The notes under the pieces are model-generated. The model was given only the letters and a program-made list of their open reading frames with translations, had not been told where the DNA came from and searched no databases. This document shows, piece by piece, positions 63,104-64,000 of a DNA stretch of 64,000 bases (its first letter is position 1; each line of letters begins with the position of its first letter). The DNA is from Ylistrum balloti (Eukaryota). The translations under genes and the position numbers were made by a program. The DNA is taken from positions 1 to 64,000 of the forward strand of contig NW_026782189.1 of the NCBI RefSeq assembly GCF_031769215.1. Reading direction: 5' to 3'.

Positions 63104-64000
63104 TTTTAGCCAACCATCATCAGATGATGATCTATTCAAATCGTCCAAAGTCCTGCGGACTGTCATCAATCTGATAACAGTTTTTGTTATCGTTATTTAT
63201 TGAGAAAAACGGCATTGATCTCTCTCAAATTTCATATGTAGGCTACCCTTGGTCCCTTGTGCCTGTTTGATTATGGGACTGATCAGAAAGATTCCCCATG
63301 CCAAGTAAAGTTTTTTATTGCTATTTTATGAGAAGTACTCCATGGATCTCTCTCAAATTTCATATGTAGATGTCCCTTTGTTCCTAGTTGTGCCCATTTC
63401 ATTTTGGGACTAACCAGAAAAACAAAGTTGCTGACAGGTGGCCATCTTGGATTTACACTTTGAAAGTTTGTTATCGCTATTCTAGAGAATTACTGCATAA
63501 ATCTTTTTCAGATTTCAAGTGTCTCTGGGCACTCCCATTTGATTTTGAGTCTGATCAGAAAAACAAAATGGCTGACAGGTGAATATCTTGTATTTTGACT
63601 TTAAAAGTTTGTTATCCCTATTTCTTGGTAACTACAGCATACATCTATTTTAAAATTCATGAATATTGTTCCCTCTTTTCCTAGTTGTGCCTGTTTGTTT
63701 CTGAAAAAGAAAAGGGCCAACAAATGACCATCTTTGATTTTGACTTTGAAAGTCTTATTTTTTCTTGAAAAACTATGACGTAGATGTTTCTCAAATTTCA
63801 TGTATAGGTTCCTCTTGGTTCCTAGTTATGCCGGTTTGATTATGAGACTGATCAGAAAAACAAAATGGCCGACATGCAGCCATCTTGGATTTTGCGTATC
63901 AAAGATTGTTATCCCTCTTTCTAAAGAAGTTCTTAACGGATCTCTCAAATTACATATGTAAGTTCCCTTCGGTCTAGTTGTGCCCGTTTTGAATTTGGGA
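63104..64000 (+). mobile_element. HINE-like element with internal tandem core repeats, running off the window
   Basis: Head TTTTAGCCAACCATCATCAGATGATG (palindrome); repeated units containing TCTCTCAAATTTCATATGTAG, CCTAGTTGTGCC, CTGATCAGAAAA and GCCATCTTGGATTTT. Confidence 0.55.

Overview
AT-rich, intron-containing animal genomic DNA. The repeat types suggest a marine invertebrate, probably a bivalve mollusc (inference). 1-8 kb: a near-complete ISL2EU-type (PIF/Harbinger group) DNA transposon with two convergent spliced, uninterrupted genes (SWIM-YqaJ-PHD protein; THAP-HTH-DDE transposase) and nested insertions. 8-16 kb: an accessory patchwork of duplicated blocks, a small TIR element, a hand-folded HDV-like self-cleaving ribozyme (minus strand, 9383-9502) directly downstream of an SGNH-hydrolase-like ORF fragment and an A23 tract, a Hero-like RLE retrotransposon relic and a Tc1 relic. 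17-26 kb: a single-exon Olig-type bHLH gene followed by three tandem arrays. 30-62 kb: four housekeeping genes in two head-to-head pairs, SNX3(-)/AFG1L(+) and MPC1(-)/CSTF2(+). MPC1, absent from the ORF track, needs a 4-nt and a 16-nt microexon. All exon models were assembled by eye from GT-AG sites and reading-frame continuity; family names come from motif recognition, not database searches.
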